From: a virus
Reading direction: 5' to 3' (one strand)
Length of the DNA stretch: 45,860 bases
IMG/VR virus record: IMGVR_UViG_3300027881_000001
Location: 1-45,860 of that record
Numbering within the stretch: the stretch's first letter is position 1; every line of letters begins with the position of its first letter. The notes beneath the pieces are model-generated. The model did no database searches. It saw only the letters and a program-made list of their open reading frames with translations, and was not told where the DNA came from. Positions 15,410-23,652 of this stretch are shown here, piece by piece. Made by a program: the position numbers and the translations under genes.

Positions 15410-16300
15410 ATGACCTATGACATCAAAACCAAGACTTCTGATAAATGCAGAATCTACCCCGACAACCACGGCAGCCCCGCCCCGTCTGTAACGTCTATTA
15501 GTGGCTGCCTGATGAAGTTCGGGCTTATCCAGTGGGCGGCGGACGAGGCGGTAAAGTATATTTGCAAAACTTCTGACGTTGATGACCCCCGCCTTTATGA
15601 ATCCGCCCGCTTCGCCTACAAGAACATATCAGACGAGGCCAAGCAGGCGGGTACGGACATACACGCTATCTGCGAAGCGTATTTAAGGTCGTACCATGAC
15701 GAGGAGCAGGGGGCGGAATTAGACAAGCTATTGAGGCCGCTGGAAGAGGCTTGGGGGGAAAGATATAGCAACCACATGTTCCAGCCCATCGATTTTGCAA
15801 TAGAAGTATCTAATGCGGCAGCACCTTTGTTAATTATGTTCCGCAACTTCAAGGCATGGTGCGAGAAGAACCAGATAGAACCCGTCCACATCGAGCAGGT
15901 AGTCCACGGCGATGGATATTCAGGGCGGGTTGACCTGATAGCCTACCGGACGGCTAAGGGTGTGCGGAGACTGGGGCTGTACGATATTAAAACGGGGAAG
16001 GGGTCTTATTATCCTGAGTGGGGCTTGCAGTTGGGGGGGTACGCGGAGGCGTTTGAGTATTTCGAGCAAGAATCGGCAGCCGATTATGACCATGTTTTTG
16101 AGGCAAGGGAAATTGAGGAAATCGGCATAATCAAGCTGAACAAAGAGACCCTCAAAGCCAACTTCTCTGAGGATAGAGGCCCGAAATACACACAGGACAG
16201 GGAACGGTTGACACGGGCGTTCCTGCACCTGAAAGATTTTTACTGGGAATTTAATGATTTGGAAAAGCAATTTGCGGAGATAAAGAATGGACCGGCCTGA
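15410..16300 (+). CDS. PD-(D/E)XK (RecB/Cas4-like) nuclease
   Basis: GRVDLI ... LYDIKTGKG ... QLGGY (D, D-x-K, QxxxY motifs in order). Confidence 0.7.
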   Translation: MTYDIKTKTSDKCRIYPDNHGSPAPSVTSISGCLMKFGLIQWAADEAVKYICKTSDVDDPRLYESARFAYKNISDEAKQAGTDIHAICEAYLRSYHDEEQGAELDKLLRPLEEAWGERYSNHMFQPIDFAIEVSNAAAPLLIMFRNFKAWCEKNQIEPVHIEQVVHGDGYSGRVDLIAYRTAKGVRRLGLYDIKTGKGSYYPEWGLQLGGYAEAFEYFEQESAADYDHVFEAREIEEIGIIKLNKETLKANFSEDRGPKYTQDRERLTRAFLHLKDFYWEFNDLEKQFAEIKNGPA

Positions 16301-16415
16301 AGAATACATTGAAATAGCGGAAAGGGATGGGGTTGATATATCTATGTTAAAGCCCCGCCCCGAATCGGAACAGGAAATTTATGAAGATTGTTTGAAGAAA
16401 GGACAAGTGAAATGA
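16287..16415 (+). CDS. 42-aa hypothetical protein (below the track threshold)
   Basis: MDRPEEYIEIAERDG... The stop overlaps the SSB start (ATGA at 16412). Confidence 0.35.
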   Translation: MDRPEEYIEIAERDGVDISMLKPRPESEQEIYEDCLKKGQVK

Positions 16416-17026
16416 CATTAACAGCAAAAGAACCGGAAAAAACCAGTTTGCCCTTGATACCACCGGACACATACCAAGCAGTGGTATGTTGGATAGCGGA
16501 TTTGGGCACTCACTATTCAGAAAAATATGAAAAGGATTCCCAGAAGGTTATGTTGGTTTGGGAAATTAAGGATGTGCGGATTGAGATTGACGGCGAATCC
16601 AAGCCCCGTCTTATCAAGGGGGTTTATAGTAATTCTCTTCACGAAAAGGCATATCTGAGGCGAGACCTTGAGGCTATGCGTGGCAAGCCGTTTACGGCAG
16701 ACGAGTTAATAGGGTTTGATATTAGAAATGTACTGGGTGCCAATTGCTTGCTCCAGATTTCACACGACACCTATGAGGGAAGGCCTTATGCAAAGATTAC
16801 CGCCGTTGCCAAGCTGATGAAGGGCATGGAAAAATCCATCCCCGAAACACCCACTTTTTGTTATGACATTGAAAACGGGTTTGATTTTGCGTCTGAAGCA
16901 CCGGACATGCCAGAGTGGATACAGGACAAAATCAAAGGGTGTAAAGAATACAAAGAATTTATATCCCCGCCGAATGAGGCCAAGGCTGATTATGACGAAA
17001 CCTCCGACGATGACATTCCTTTTTAG
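16412..17026 (+). CDS. Phage ssDNA-binding protein (DUF669-like) with a bacterial-SSB-type acidic tip
   Basis: Refined start MTLTAKEPEK. Contains LIPPDTYQAVV. The C-terminus is ...SDDDIPF, identical to the E. coli SSB tip motif DDDIPF. Confidence 0.7.
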   Translation: MTLTAKEPEKTSLPLIPPDTYQAVVCWIADLGTHYSEKYEKDSQKVMLVWEIKDVRIEIDGESKPRLIKGVYSNSLHEKAYLRRDLEAMRGKPFTADELIGFDIRNVLGANCLLQISHDTYEGRPYAKITAVAKLMKGMEKSIPETPTFCYDIENGFDFASEAPDMPEWIQDKIKGCKEYKEFISPPNEAKADYDETSDDDIPF

Positions 17027-17035
17027 GAGATTAAA

Positions 17036-17413
17036 ATGTCGTTAGAATCTAAAGAGCAGCACGTACTGGGCGTTGCGGGCGACATAGAGGCCACTGCCAA
17101 GGAAGTAAGGGCTTTGAGGCAGAGATTAAGCAGTGTAGGCAAAAACGCAGCACGGGCCATCGTGGACTACGAGAAGGCAATGGGCGTAACCCTGATAAAA
17201 TTAAGAAACGGGCGGGAAATGACAGTTGGCAATGAGATTATAAAAAACCCGCCTGTAACCACTACTGAAAAAATAGCGAAGGCTATCTGTTATGACCAGA
17301 ATCTTACCTACCAAGTAATGAGCCATGAATACACCGCCCTTACTGCTAACCTGAAAGCCGCTATCGCCGAATTGAGCGCGTACCAGACCAAGTACAGGCA
17401 CTTGGCGGAGTAG
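17036..17413 (+). CDS. Hypothetical coiled-coil protein
   Basis: AGGAG RBS upstream of the ORF. Confidence 0.55.
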   Translation: MSLESKEQHVLGVAGDIEATAKEVRALRQRLSSVGKNAARAIVDYEKAMGVTLIKLRNGREMTVGNEIIKNPPVTTTEKIAKAICYDQNLTYQVMSHEYTALTANLKAAIAELSAYQTKYRHLAE

Positions 17414-17508
17414 CGTGAATGGAATCTAAACCAATCATATTGTTTTCAGTCAATGCGAGAAAGAAAGGAGGCCCTATAAAAACCTACTAATATAACGAAT
17501 ATCCGGGC

Positions 17509-17540
17509 GCCCCCGTCCTCCGCGTGGCGGGGGCACTTTA
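17509..17540 (+). terminator. Terminator-like hairpin GCCCCCG/CGGGGGC + ACTTT, directly upstream of the RBS of 17554
   Basis: Shares gcccccgtcc and ggcgggggca with the hairpin at 12337-12383. Confidence 0.45.
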
Positions 17541-17553
17541 AGAAAGGAATGAC

Positions 17554-18351
17554 ATGAACTGGCTAACACAAAAATACATTAAAAAGCAAGCGGTAATATC
17601 AGACGAAGCCGCACTTGAAGTATCAATAGGTCATCACCAGCAGATACACGACGCGACGGAGGAGGAGTTGAGAGAGGAATATGCCCGGACAGTCGGCGGC
17701 GTTATAGATGCACCATATTGCGCTCTTTGCAAGAGATTCAGTTGCTGCAATTGTATTTTGGGCAGAAAGCACTGTATTGATGGAGAGTGGCAAATAATGC
17801 ACGACGAAGCCCGGCGGTGGCTTAACGGAAAATCCCCCCACGCCGCCTTCCTTGCCGCGCATAAACCGTTATTAGACAAACTGAAATCTTTAAGAAAGGG
17901 AAAAACGATGATTTGTGGAATATTGAGCGATGTGTATAAGAATGGGAAGCGTGTCGAAAAGGGCGTGTTTGTTCTTTGGGATGGCATCGCGGTCGCCCCT
18001 ACTGGATTTGAAGGAAAACAGTTGATTCGATGGATTGCCGACACAGGATGGATAGGCTTTGGCCCCAAAGAGGACGGCTACTCTTACCGCCCCGTGCCGT
18101 GCGAGGTGGTGGATGGTAACAGGGTTCGCACAGATGCCAGTCCCTGCCAGATTATTTATAGGGATGATGCTATATTTATTTCAAGGCAACCCGAACAGGA
18201 TGATGACACAGTCTTTAGGTGGAGACGGGGATACGGATACTCCTACCGCCGCATCGAGAAGCCGGAAACAACGGAAGTCCTCGGCGTGAAGTACGAGGCT
18301 ACCGAGGCCGAGGTCAAGAAACAGCTTGAAGGGCTGAAGAAAGCTAAATAA
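17554..18351 (+). CDS. Hypothetical protein
   Basis: 265-aa ORF with AAAGGA upstream. No motif recognised. Confidence 0.6.
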   Translation: MNWLTQKYIKKQAVISDEAALEVSIGHHQQIHDATEEELREEYARTVGGVIDAPYCALCKRFSCCNCILGRKHCIDGEWQIMHDEARRWLNGKSPHAAFLAAHKPLLDKLKSLRKGKTMICGILSDVYKNGKRVEKGVFVLWDGIAVAPTGFEGKQLIRWIADTGWIGFGPKEDGYSYRPVPCEVVDGNRVRTDASPCQIIYRDDAIFISRQPEQDDDTVFRWRRGYGYSYRRIEKPETTEVLGVKYEATEAEVKKQLEGLKKAK

Positions 18352-18366
18352 TTTCTCAGATTTTCC

Positions 18367-18395
18367 TTGACAATTTGCGGGAAGCGCGATAGGAT
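18367..18395 (+). promoter_or_regulatory. Sigma70-like promoter TTGACA-N17-TAGGAT
   Basis: Read directly in the 18352-18510 intergenic region. Confidence 0.45.
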
Positions 18396-18442
18396 ATGGT
18401 TGAAATGGCAAATTCGGTTAGAACAGGATGTCTTAAAAGGTT

Positions 18443-18505
18443 AAGCCCAGCGGTACATTTCTCGGACCTGTTCGAGCCGTGTTTGCCAGCCGTTGGGCTT
18501 TTTTC
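18443..18505 (+). terminator. Long terminator/attenuator hairpin (11-bp outer stem, inner stem-loop) ending in a T6 run
   Basis: aagcccagcgg (18443-18453) pairs with ccgttgggctt (18490-18500), followed by tttttc. It lies between the 18367 promoter and the replication genes. Confidence 0.5.
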
Positions 18506-18510
18506 TTATA

Positions 18511-19221
18511 ATGGGTGAAACAATGGCGAGTGGAAGAATGTTAAAAAAAGAGATTTCGAACAGTAGGAAATTGGGTGATGTTAAAACAGACCGGGCAAGG
18601 GTACTGTGGTTTATGATGCTACCCCACCTGGACGCCGTGGGCCGGTTAGAGGCTGACACAAAGCGGATAAAGGGCCAGATTACAACCATGTTGCCTTACA
18701 ACGAGAAGGCGATTCAGGGCTGTTTAGAGCAGCTTCACGATGTTGGATTGCTCACACTTTACGTCATAGACGACAATCAGTATCTTGAATACACCCGCTA
18801 TAACGATTTTCAGGTACTAAACCCCGATAGAGAGGCTAATTCAAAGATTCCGGCCCCTACTCCAGACAACTCCAGAGAACTCAAGACCCCAAAAAGCAAT
18901 ATAAGTAAAGTTAAGTTAAACTTAAATGAAGATAAAGATAAGTATCTGGACTTCGTTTTTCTTTCGAAAGACGAACACCGGAAACTTGTAGAGGAATTTG
19001 GGATTAAGGGCACCGAAAAGCGAATTAAAAATTTGAACATCGGCATCGGTTCGAAAGGGTATAGGTACGATTCCCACTATTTCACTATATTGTCGTGGGA
19101 CAGGAAAGACGAGCGGGATAGCTCTAAGCCTCCCGCCCCGAAATTGATGGATACTGAAGCTTCCCCTGAATGGCTTGCTGCTCACAAGGCCGCAACGCAG
19201 AAGGTGGGAAAAAATGGATAA
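18511..19221 (+). CDS. Replisome organiser / replication initiator-like protein (winged-helix N-terminus)
   Basis: Sits immediately upstream of dnaB and overlaps it. N-terminal pattern RMLKKEISNSRKLGDV...RVLWFMMLPHLDAVGR...GLLTLY. The start is uncertain (ATG at 18511, 18523 or 18538). Confidence 0.5.
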   Translation: MGETMASGRMLKKEISNSRKLGDVKTDRARVLWFMMLPHLDAVGRLEADTKRIKGQITTMLPYNEKAIQGCLEQLHDVGLLTLYVIDDNQYLEYTRYNDFQVLNPDREANSKIPAPTPDNSRELKTPKSNISKVKLNLNEDKDKYLDFVFLSKDEHRKLVEEFGIKGTEKRIKNLNIGIGSKGYRYDSHYFTILSWDRKDERDSSKPPAPKLMDTEASPEWLAAHKAATQKVGKNG

Positions 19222-20530
19222 TCTCGAAAAAGGATTTTCGTTAGACGCTGAAATGGCGGTGCTTGGCTCGATGCTGTTGGGGCCGGAATGTGTTGCCGAG
19301 GCCATGTTGTTACTCTCTGAGGATTCGTTTTACAAGCCTGAGCATAAAATAATCTTCAGGGCAATTGTTGATGTTTATGTTCGCATTAACACGGTTGATA
19401 CTCTTCTGTTGCGGGACACACTGAAAAGGATGGGCGAGTTTCAGAACATCGGTGGCGTGGTATGTATTGTTGAGATTATGGAGTCGGTTGCAAGCGCGGC
19501 TAATTTCAAATACTATGCGGGGATTGTACTTGAAAAGGCGGTTGACCGCGAGATAGAACTAAGGGCCAATCAGATTCAAGCTGTTATTTCCGGCAACGAT
19601 TCATCTAAAGAGAAGGTTGTGAAGATTCAGGAAATAGCCCTTAATCTGACAGCGCCAGCCAAGAGCGAAACATCATTGATAACAGACCATCTCCACGATG
19701 CTTTCGATAGTCTTGAGAACACGGCCACTGTAAATTTACAGACGGGACTAACCAGTCTTGACCTTCAGTTACAGGGGTTGGCCAAGGGGAGCATTTATAT
19801 TGTTGCCGCCCGGCCTTCTCTTGGGAAAACAAGTCTTGCCCTGAGCGTAGCATCAAACATCGTCCGTAACGGTGGCGGGGTGGTTTTGTTCAGCATGGAG
19901 ATGTCAAAGGTTCAATTAACAGAGCGTCTTATTTGTGGTGAGGCCCGCGTAAGCATGCAAACAGCGAGACAGAAAAGGCTTGGCTCCGATGAATATGCAC
20001 GATTAACGGATGCGTGTAATAATATTAAATCGAACAACTGGAACTTGTTCATATCACAACAAATGCTCCTAACGCCGGAGGGGTTGCTTGCCAACCTGCG
20101 GAACGTAAGGCGGACACACGAAATTGATTGTGTTATGGTTGACTACATACAGCTTATGTCCGAACCTTCTGTAAAAGAGAGCAGGCAACAGCAAATAACA
20201 GCCATTAGTCGGAAGCTGAAATCTGTGGCGATGCAGGAGGATTTGCCTTTTGTGGTTTTGAGTCAGCTGTCTCGCCAGCCGGAGGGCCGAAGTGACAAGA
20301 GACCGTTGTTGAGCGACCTACGAGATAGCGGAAGTTTAGAGCAAGATGCAGATGTTGTTATGTTTATCTACCGTGAAGACCACTATCGCCGAAGCGACCC
20401 TGAGTATAACCCAAACAACAAGGCGGAAATAATAATATCAAAGAATCGGCAGGGGCCAACAGGAACGATAGAACTAATGTTTCACCCTGAATATGTTACT
20501 TTTGAGGAGCTGTTATGCCGGAACGAATAG
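19214..20530 (+). CDS. dnaB: Replicative DNA helicase DnaB
   Basis: Refined start MDNLEKGFSLDAEMAVLGSML. Walker A ARPSLGKTSLAL. Also VMVDYIQLM and SQLSRQPE...LSDLRDSGSLEQDADVV. Confidence 0.9.
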   Translation: MDNLEKGFSLDAEMAVLGSMLLGPECVAEAMLLLSEDSFYKPEHKIIFRAIVDVYVRINTVDTLLLRDTLKRMGEFQNIGGVVCIVEIMESVASAANFKYYAGIVLEKAVDREIELRANQIQAVISGNDSSKEKVVKIQEIALNLTAPAKSETSLITDHLHDAFDSLENTATVNLQTGLTSLDLQLQGLAKGSIYIVAARPSLGKTSLALSVASNIVRNGGGVVLFSMEMSKVQLTERLICGEARVSMQTARQKRLGSDEYARLTDACNNIKSNNWNLFISQQMLLTPEGLLANLRNVRRTHEIDCVMVDYIQLMSEPSVKESRQQQITAISRKLKSVAMQEDLPFVVLSQLSRQPEGRSDKRPLLSDLRDSGSLEQDADVVMFIYREDHYRRSDPEYNPNNKAEIIISKNRQGPTGTIELMFHPEYVTFEELLCRNE

Positions 20531-20616
20531 GAATAATCTTAAAGCGAGTTGTGCGGGAGATTAAAGAGCGGTGCGTAGATAAACGACGTCGGGCTGAGCC
20601 CGGAAAGGATAAATGA
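20515..20616 (+). CDS. Possible 33-aa basic peptide (below the track threshold)
   Basis: MPERIGIILKRVVREIKER... Coupled by overlaps at both ends. Confidence 0.25.
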   Translation: MPERIGIILKRVVREIKERCVDKRRRAEPGKDK

Positions 20617-20795
20617 CGGCAGTAATGGCTAATACCTATACTTATTGTTGGCGCAACAATTCTAAAAGAGCAACGCTTTACAAGAGATTGTGCATAGTCA
20701 TCGCAAGGGGTCGTCGGAATAGTTGTATTGTCGAATTTATGGACGGGCAAAGAGAGTGTGTTTCTCGAAACGCTTTGAGGAAATGGAATGGCTAA
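20613..20795 (+). CDS. Hypothetical protein
   Basis: ORF within the operon. Confidence 0.4.
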   Translation: MTAVMANTYTYCWRNNSKRATLYKRLCIVIARGRRNSCIVEFMDGQRECVSRNALRKWNG

Positions 20796-21231
20796 GGAAA
20801 AAGACAATTGCTGGAAGTCTTTTTCTAAGTATATCAGGATAAAGGGGTGTCTCGAAACAACAGGACTCCCGTTTGTTGGTATATGTATTACTTGTGAAAG
20901 GCAATTTCATATTGGGATGTTGGAGGCTGGCCATTTGATAGGCGGCAGAAAGAACTCGGTTTTATTTAGTGAAAAACTGGTCAATAATCAATGTACTTAT
21001 TGCAACCGAATCCAGCACGGAGAGTACAAAAAGTACAAAAAGGCTATGTGTAAAAGGTATGGCGAAGAACGGTTGGAGCGTTGGATTATTCGGCTCAAGA
21101 GAAGATTGATTGCTGACCGGAACATGGATTTTTCGGGTAGATGTAAAAGATATGGCCGCAAAATGGGAATTTTATTACGGCGGCATGGTTATAAAACATG
21201 GCGGGAATTATTACAAGAAGGCCAAAGTTGA
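20788..21231 (+). CDS. ninG: NinG/Rap-like recombination protein
   Basis: CITCERQF...EAGHLIGG...NNQCTYCNRIQHG pattern typical of lambda NinG. Confidence 0.65.
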   Translation: MAKEKDNCWKSFSKYIRIKGCLETTGLPFVGICITCERQFHIGMLEAGHLIGGRKNSVLFSEKLVNNQCTYCNRIQHGEYKKYKKAMCKRYGEERLERWIIRLKRRLIADRNMDFSGRCKRYGRKMGILLRRHGYKTWRELLQEGQS

Positions 21232-21243
21232 CAGGAGCATGAA

Positions 21244-21564
21244 ATGGAAGATTACAAAGAATATATCGACAAATGTTTTCGCATGGGCGTATCCTGCAAC
21301 CGTAACGTTGCAAAGTCGATGCTTGCCGAACTCACCCGCCTTCGCGGGCGCGTGGCGGACTTGGAGGAGGGGCTGGAGCGCATTAAGAATTGGGCCGAGG
21401 CATACCCGGTTAAGGCGTTCCCTGAACCTGACTTTAAGAAGGTTGCAGAAGTATTGAAATCGGCAGGAATAAGCCTTGATTGTGTAAGTGCCTCAAATAT
21501 GCGGCACGTTGTTAATCGGGTAAAAGAGATATGCGAACAAGCCCTAAAGGAGACTGAAAAATGA
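21244..21564 (+). CDS. Hypothetical protein
   Basis: ORF within the operon. Confidence 0.5.
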   Translation: MEDYKEYIDKCFRMGVSCNRNVAKSMLAELTRLRGRVADLEEGLERIKNWAEAYPVKAFPEPDFKKVAEVLKSAGISLDCVSASNMRHVVNRVKEICEQALKETEK

Positions 21565-21920
21565 GCAAGATAACTCAACAGCAAGTAGAAAGCGCCTTAG
21601 AAAATGAATTTGACGGCTATCCCTTAGATTGTATTATTCAAGAGTTGTTGGAATTGCGAGAGCAGGCCCGCTGGATACCGGTCGGGGACAATAGTATTCC
21701 AAAACCTAATAGTATTGTCGAACTTTGTTGGAGGCCAAGTGATTACAAAGTGCATCCAAGCCATAGAGAGCTTGTCGTGGGTTCTTTTGTTTTTCGAGAT
21801 GTAACTGATAAGCCAGTTGAAATTCCCGTCCGAGTATGGGTAAATGGGAGATATTATGATATAAAAACACACATTACCCACTGGCGTTACGTAACATTAC
21901 CAAAGGAGACTGACGAATGA
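21561..21920 (+). CDS. Hypothetical protein (DUF551-like C-terminus)
   Basis: RWIPVGDNSIPKPNSIVELCW pattern. ATGA coupling. Confidence 0.45.
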   Translation: MSKITQQQVESALENEFDGYPLDCIIQELLELREQARWIPVGDNSIPKPNSIVELCWRPSDYKVHPSHRELVVGSFVFRDVTDKPVEIPVRVWVNGRYYDIKTHITHWRYVTLPKETDE

Positions 21921-22507
21921 AAAAGATACGCATTTTATTCTACAAGAGCAAGGTAGGCGACGGCCACTGGATAGATAACGGCATATCCTTGTGGACAAAA
22001 CTGTTTAATTGGCGAACTAAGAACTACAGCCACGTCGAGGTGTGGTGGGCTAATGAGAAGGGTAATTTTGAAGAGCCGGAGGTAGATGATGCCTATGACC
22101 CGACCGGTAAATGGGTTTTTGTCGGCCAATGCTTCACCTCTACCATGCGGGGCAAAGAGAACGGCACTGTCATAAGGGACGCCTCGGAAGTCCTGAAGAA
22201 TCCTGGGCGGTGGGATGTGGCGGAGATTGAAATAGTTAGCACCTTCCGCATTGGCCGCGCTAAGTTATATGCCGAGTTAGAAGCCAAAGAAAATAAGGGT
22301 TATGACAAGTTGTGTATTGCAGACTTTTTCAATCCTTTTCGCAGATGGATTCGGCTTCATGCAAAAGATAAGAATATCTGTTCTGAGGCAGGCGATAAGT
22401 TTTTGCTTTGGTGTGGGATTTTCTGTAAGTTGACACAGCCTTCTCCCCGCCGCCTGTCCCGCAAGCTGATAGAAAAGGGCTACAAAATAAGGCCGTTAAG
22501 GAGTTGA
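21917..22507 (+). CDS. Hypothetical protein; possible permuted papain-fold (His before Cys) enzyme
   Basis: YSHVEVW ... NICSEAGDKF. Weak. Confidence 0.5.
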   Translation: MKKIRILFYKSKVGDGHWIDNGISLWTKLFNWRTKNYSHVEVWWANEKGNFEEPEVDDAYDPTGKWVFVGQCFTSTMRGKENGTVIRDASEVLKNPGRWDVAEIEIVSTFRIGRAKLYAELEAKENKGYDKLCIADFFNPFRRWIRLHAKDKNICSEAGDKFLLWCGIFCKLTQPSPRRLSRKLIEKGYKIRPLRS

Positions 22508-22510
22508 ATA

Positions 22511-22699
22511 ATGTATAAGATTAAAATTGAACAGGTTAGTATTCTTTTGTGGAGCTGGGTCCTTGTTGGTGCCAATGGAGTTATTATCTGTAGAAGTCAA
22601 AAATCATTTTACGGAAAAGCATACTGTGTAAAATCTGCCGTGAGGTTTCGTACAAATATGTTAGATTTAAATATTGGTAATGATATAAGGATTGAATAA
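22511..22699 (+). CDS. YegP/DUF1508-like small protein
   Basis: WSWVLVGANGVIICRSQKSFYGKAYCVKSAVRF. Confidence 0.45.
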   Translation: MYKIKIEQVSILLWSWVLVGANGVIICRSQKSFYGKAYCVKSAVRFRTNMLDLNIGNDIRIE

Positions 22700-22881
22700 T
22701 GCACAAACCCTACTACCCTGCCAATCTGCCGGAAGCCATTAAACTGTTGCAGAGGCTACACGATGAAGATGACGACGATAGCGAATACAGAAGAGGCCAC
22801 AGGCAAGGCCTCAGAATAGCGATAGGTGTTATGAAGGCCTTAAAGGAGAAAAAACGATGCCAAAGAAAACTACAAGGATAA
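22699..22881 (+). CDS. Hypothetical protein
   Basis: ORF whose start overlaps the upstream stop. Confidence 0.5.
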   Translation: MHKPYYPANLPEAIKLLQRLHDEDDDDSEYRRGHRQGLRIAIGVMKALKEKKRCQRKLQG

Positions 22882-23036
22882 CAATAACTGGCCCATTTTG
22901 TAAATGGCGACCAAGGTTTAAGTTTTTTTCGTTAGGCTTCTACTGTTGCCCCAGTTCGTTAAGCATTGGCCTTGGCTTTTGGCTTATAGCTTGTGAGTGG
23001 GCGGACGAGGAAGATATTGTACGCCCGATACTTTAG
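22857..23036 (+). CDS. 59-aa small membrane protein (below the track threshold)
   Basis: AAGGAG lies 7 nt upstream. Translation MPKKTTRITITGPFCKWRPRFKFFSLGFYCCPSSLSIGLGFWLIAC... Confidence 0.4.
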   Translation: MPKKTTRITITGPFCKWRPRFKFFSLGFYCCPSSLSIGLGFWLIACEWADEEDIVRPIL

Positions 23037-23085
23037 ACGGCCCGGAAGATGAAGGCTGGCCCGATTGGGCGGAAAGGAAATTGAA

Positions 23086-23259
23086 ATGAAAAAGTGTTTT
23101 TGTGGGAAAGAACCTACGGTTAAGCAAGGCATTTTCGGGTCTATACACGGTATTACCAGTATTTCTTGCCGGGTCTGCAAGATTTTCATCATGGACTGGC
23201 ATTATAGCTGGGCGGAGAAAACTTGGGATTCGCAGTTTAAGGCAGCGGAGCAAAAATGA
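23086..23259 (+). CDS. Lar-like (restriction alleviation family) zinc-ribbon protein
   Basis: Refined start MKKCFCGKEP ... SCRVCK ... AEKTWDSQ. AAGGAA RBS. Confidence 0.4.
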   Translation: MKKCFCGKEPTVKQGIFGSIHGITSISCRVCKIFIMDWHYSWAEKTWDSQFKAAEQK

Positions 23260-23483
23260 GAGTTATACAAATCGGCAGTAGTTTGAAATCAGATACACCG
23301 AACGACTTTGACCTGCTGGTAGTTTCTGACATTCCCGTCGACATTTGCTTATATACAACAGAACAGTGGGAAATATTTAAACAACAGGGCCAAAGCAGCG
23401 AGGGCAGGCGAGTAGTGATACACCCGCCTAAACCCAAGAGCTTTCAAACAAACGCGGCGGAGCTTACAAGGGAGCAAAAATAA
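23256..23483 (+). CDS. Minimal nucleotidyltransferase-fold-like protein
   Basis: IGSSLKSDTPNDFDLLVVSD resembles the GS...DxD motif of pol-beta-type NTases. Confidence 0.4.
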   Translation: MRVIQIGSSLKSDTPNDFDLLVVSDIPVDICLYTTEQWEIFKQQGQSSEGRRVVIHPPKPKSFQTNAAELTREQK

Positions 23484-23652
23484 CCTTGTGGCCGAGGGCT
23501 TCCGCGCACTTGTTGTAGTTATCCGCCGACATACTCGATTTGCCCCACAGGAAATTGTAGATAGTTTGCGGGTGCAGGCCTGTCATTCTTGCTAATTTCG
23601 GGACTGACACGCCCTTTTCTGCTATTAGTTTTTTGAGGTCTGTGGCGTTCAT
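23464..23652 (-). CDS. XRE/Cro-type helix-turn-helix regulator; last gene of a leftward operon
   Basis: VSVPKLARMTGLHPQTIYNFLWGK. Confidence 0.75.
   Translation of the reverse strand: MNATDLKKLIAEKGVSVPKLARMTGLHPQTIYNFLWGKSSMSADNYNKCAEALGHKVIFAPL

Noticed and set aside
18441-18689. 82-aa - strand ORF over the attenuator hairpin and organiser gene start
   Set aside because: It is antisense to the replication operon, has no RBS and covers a terminator-like structure.
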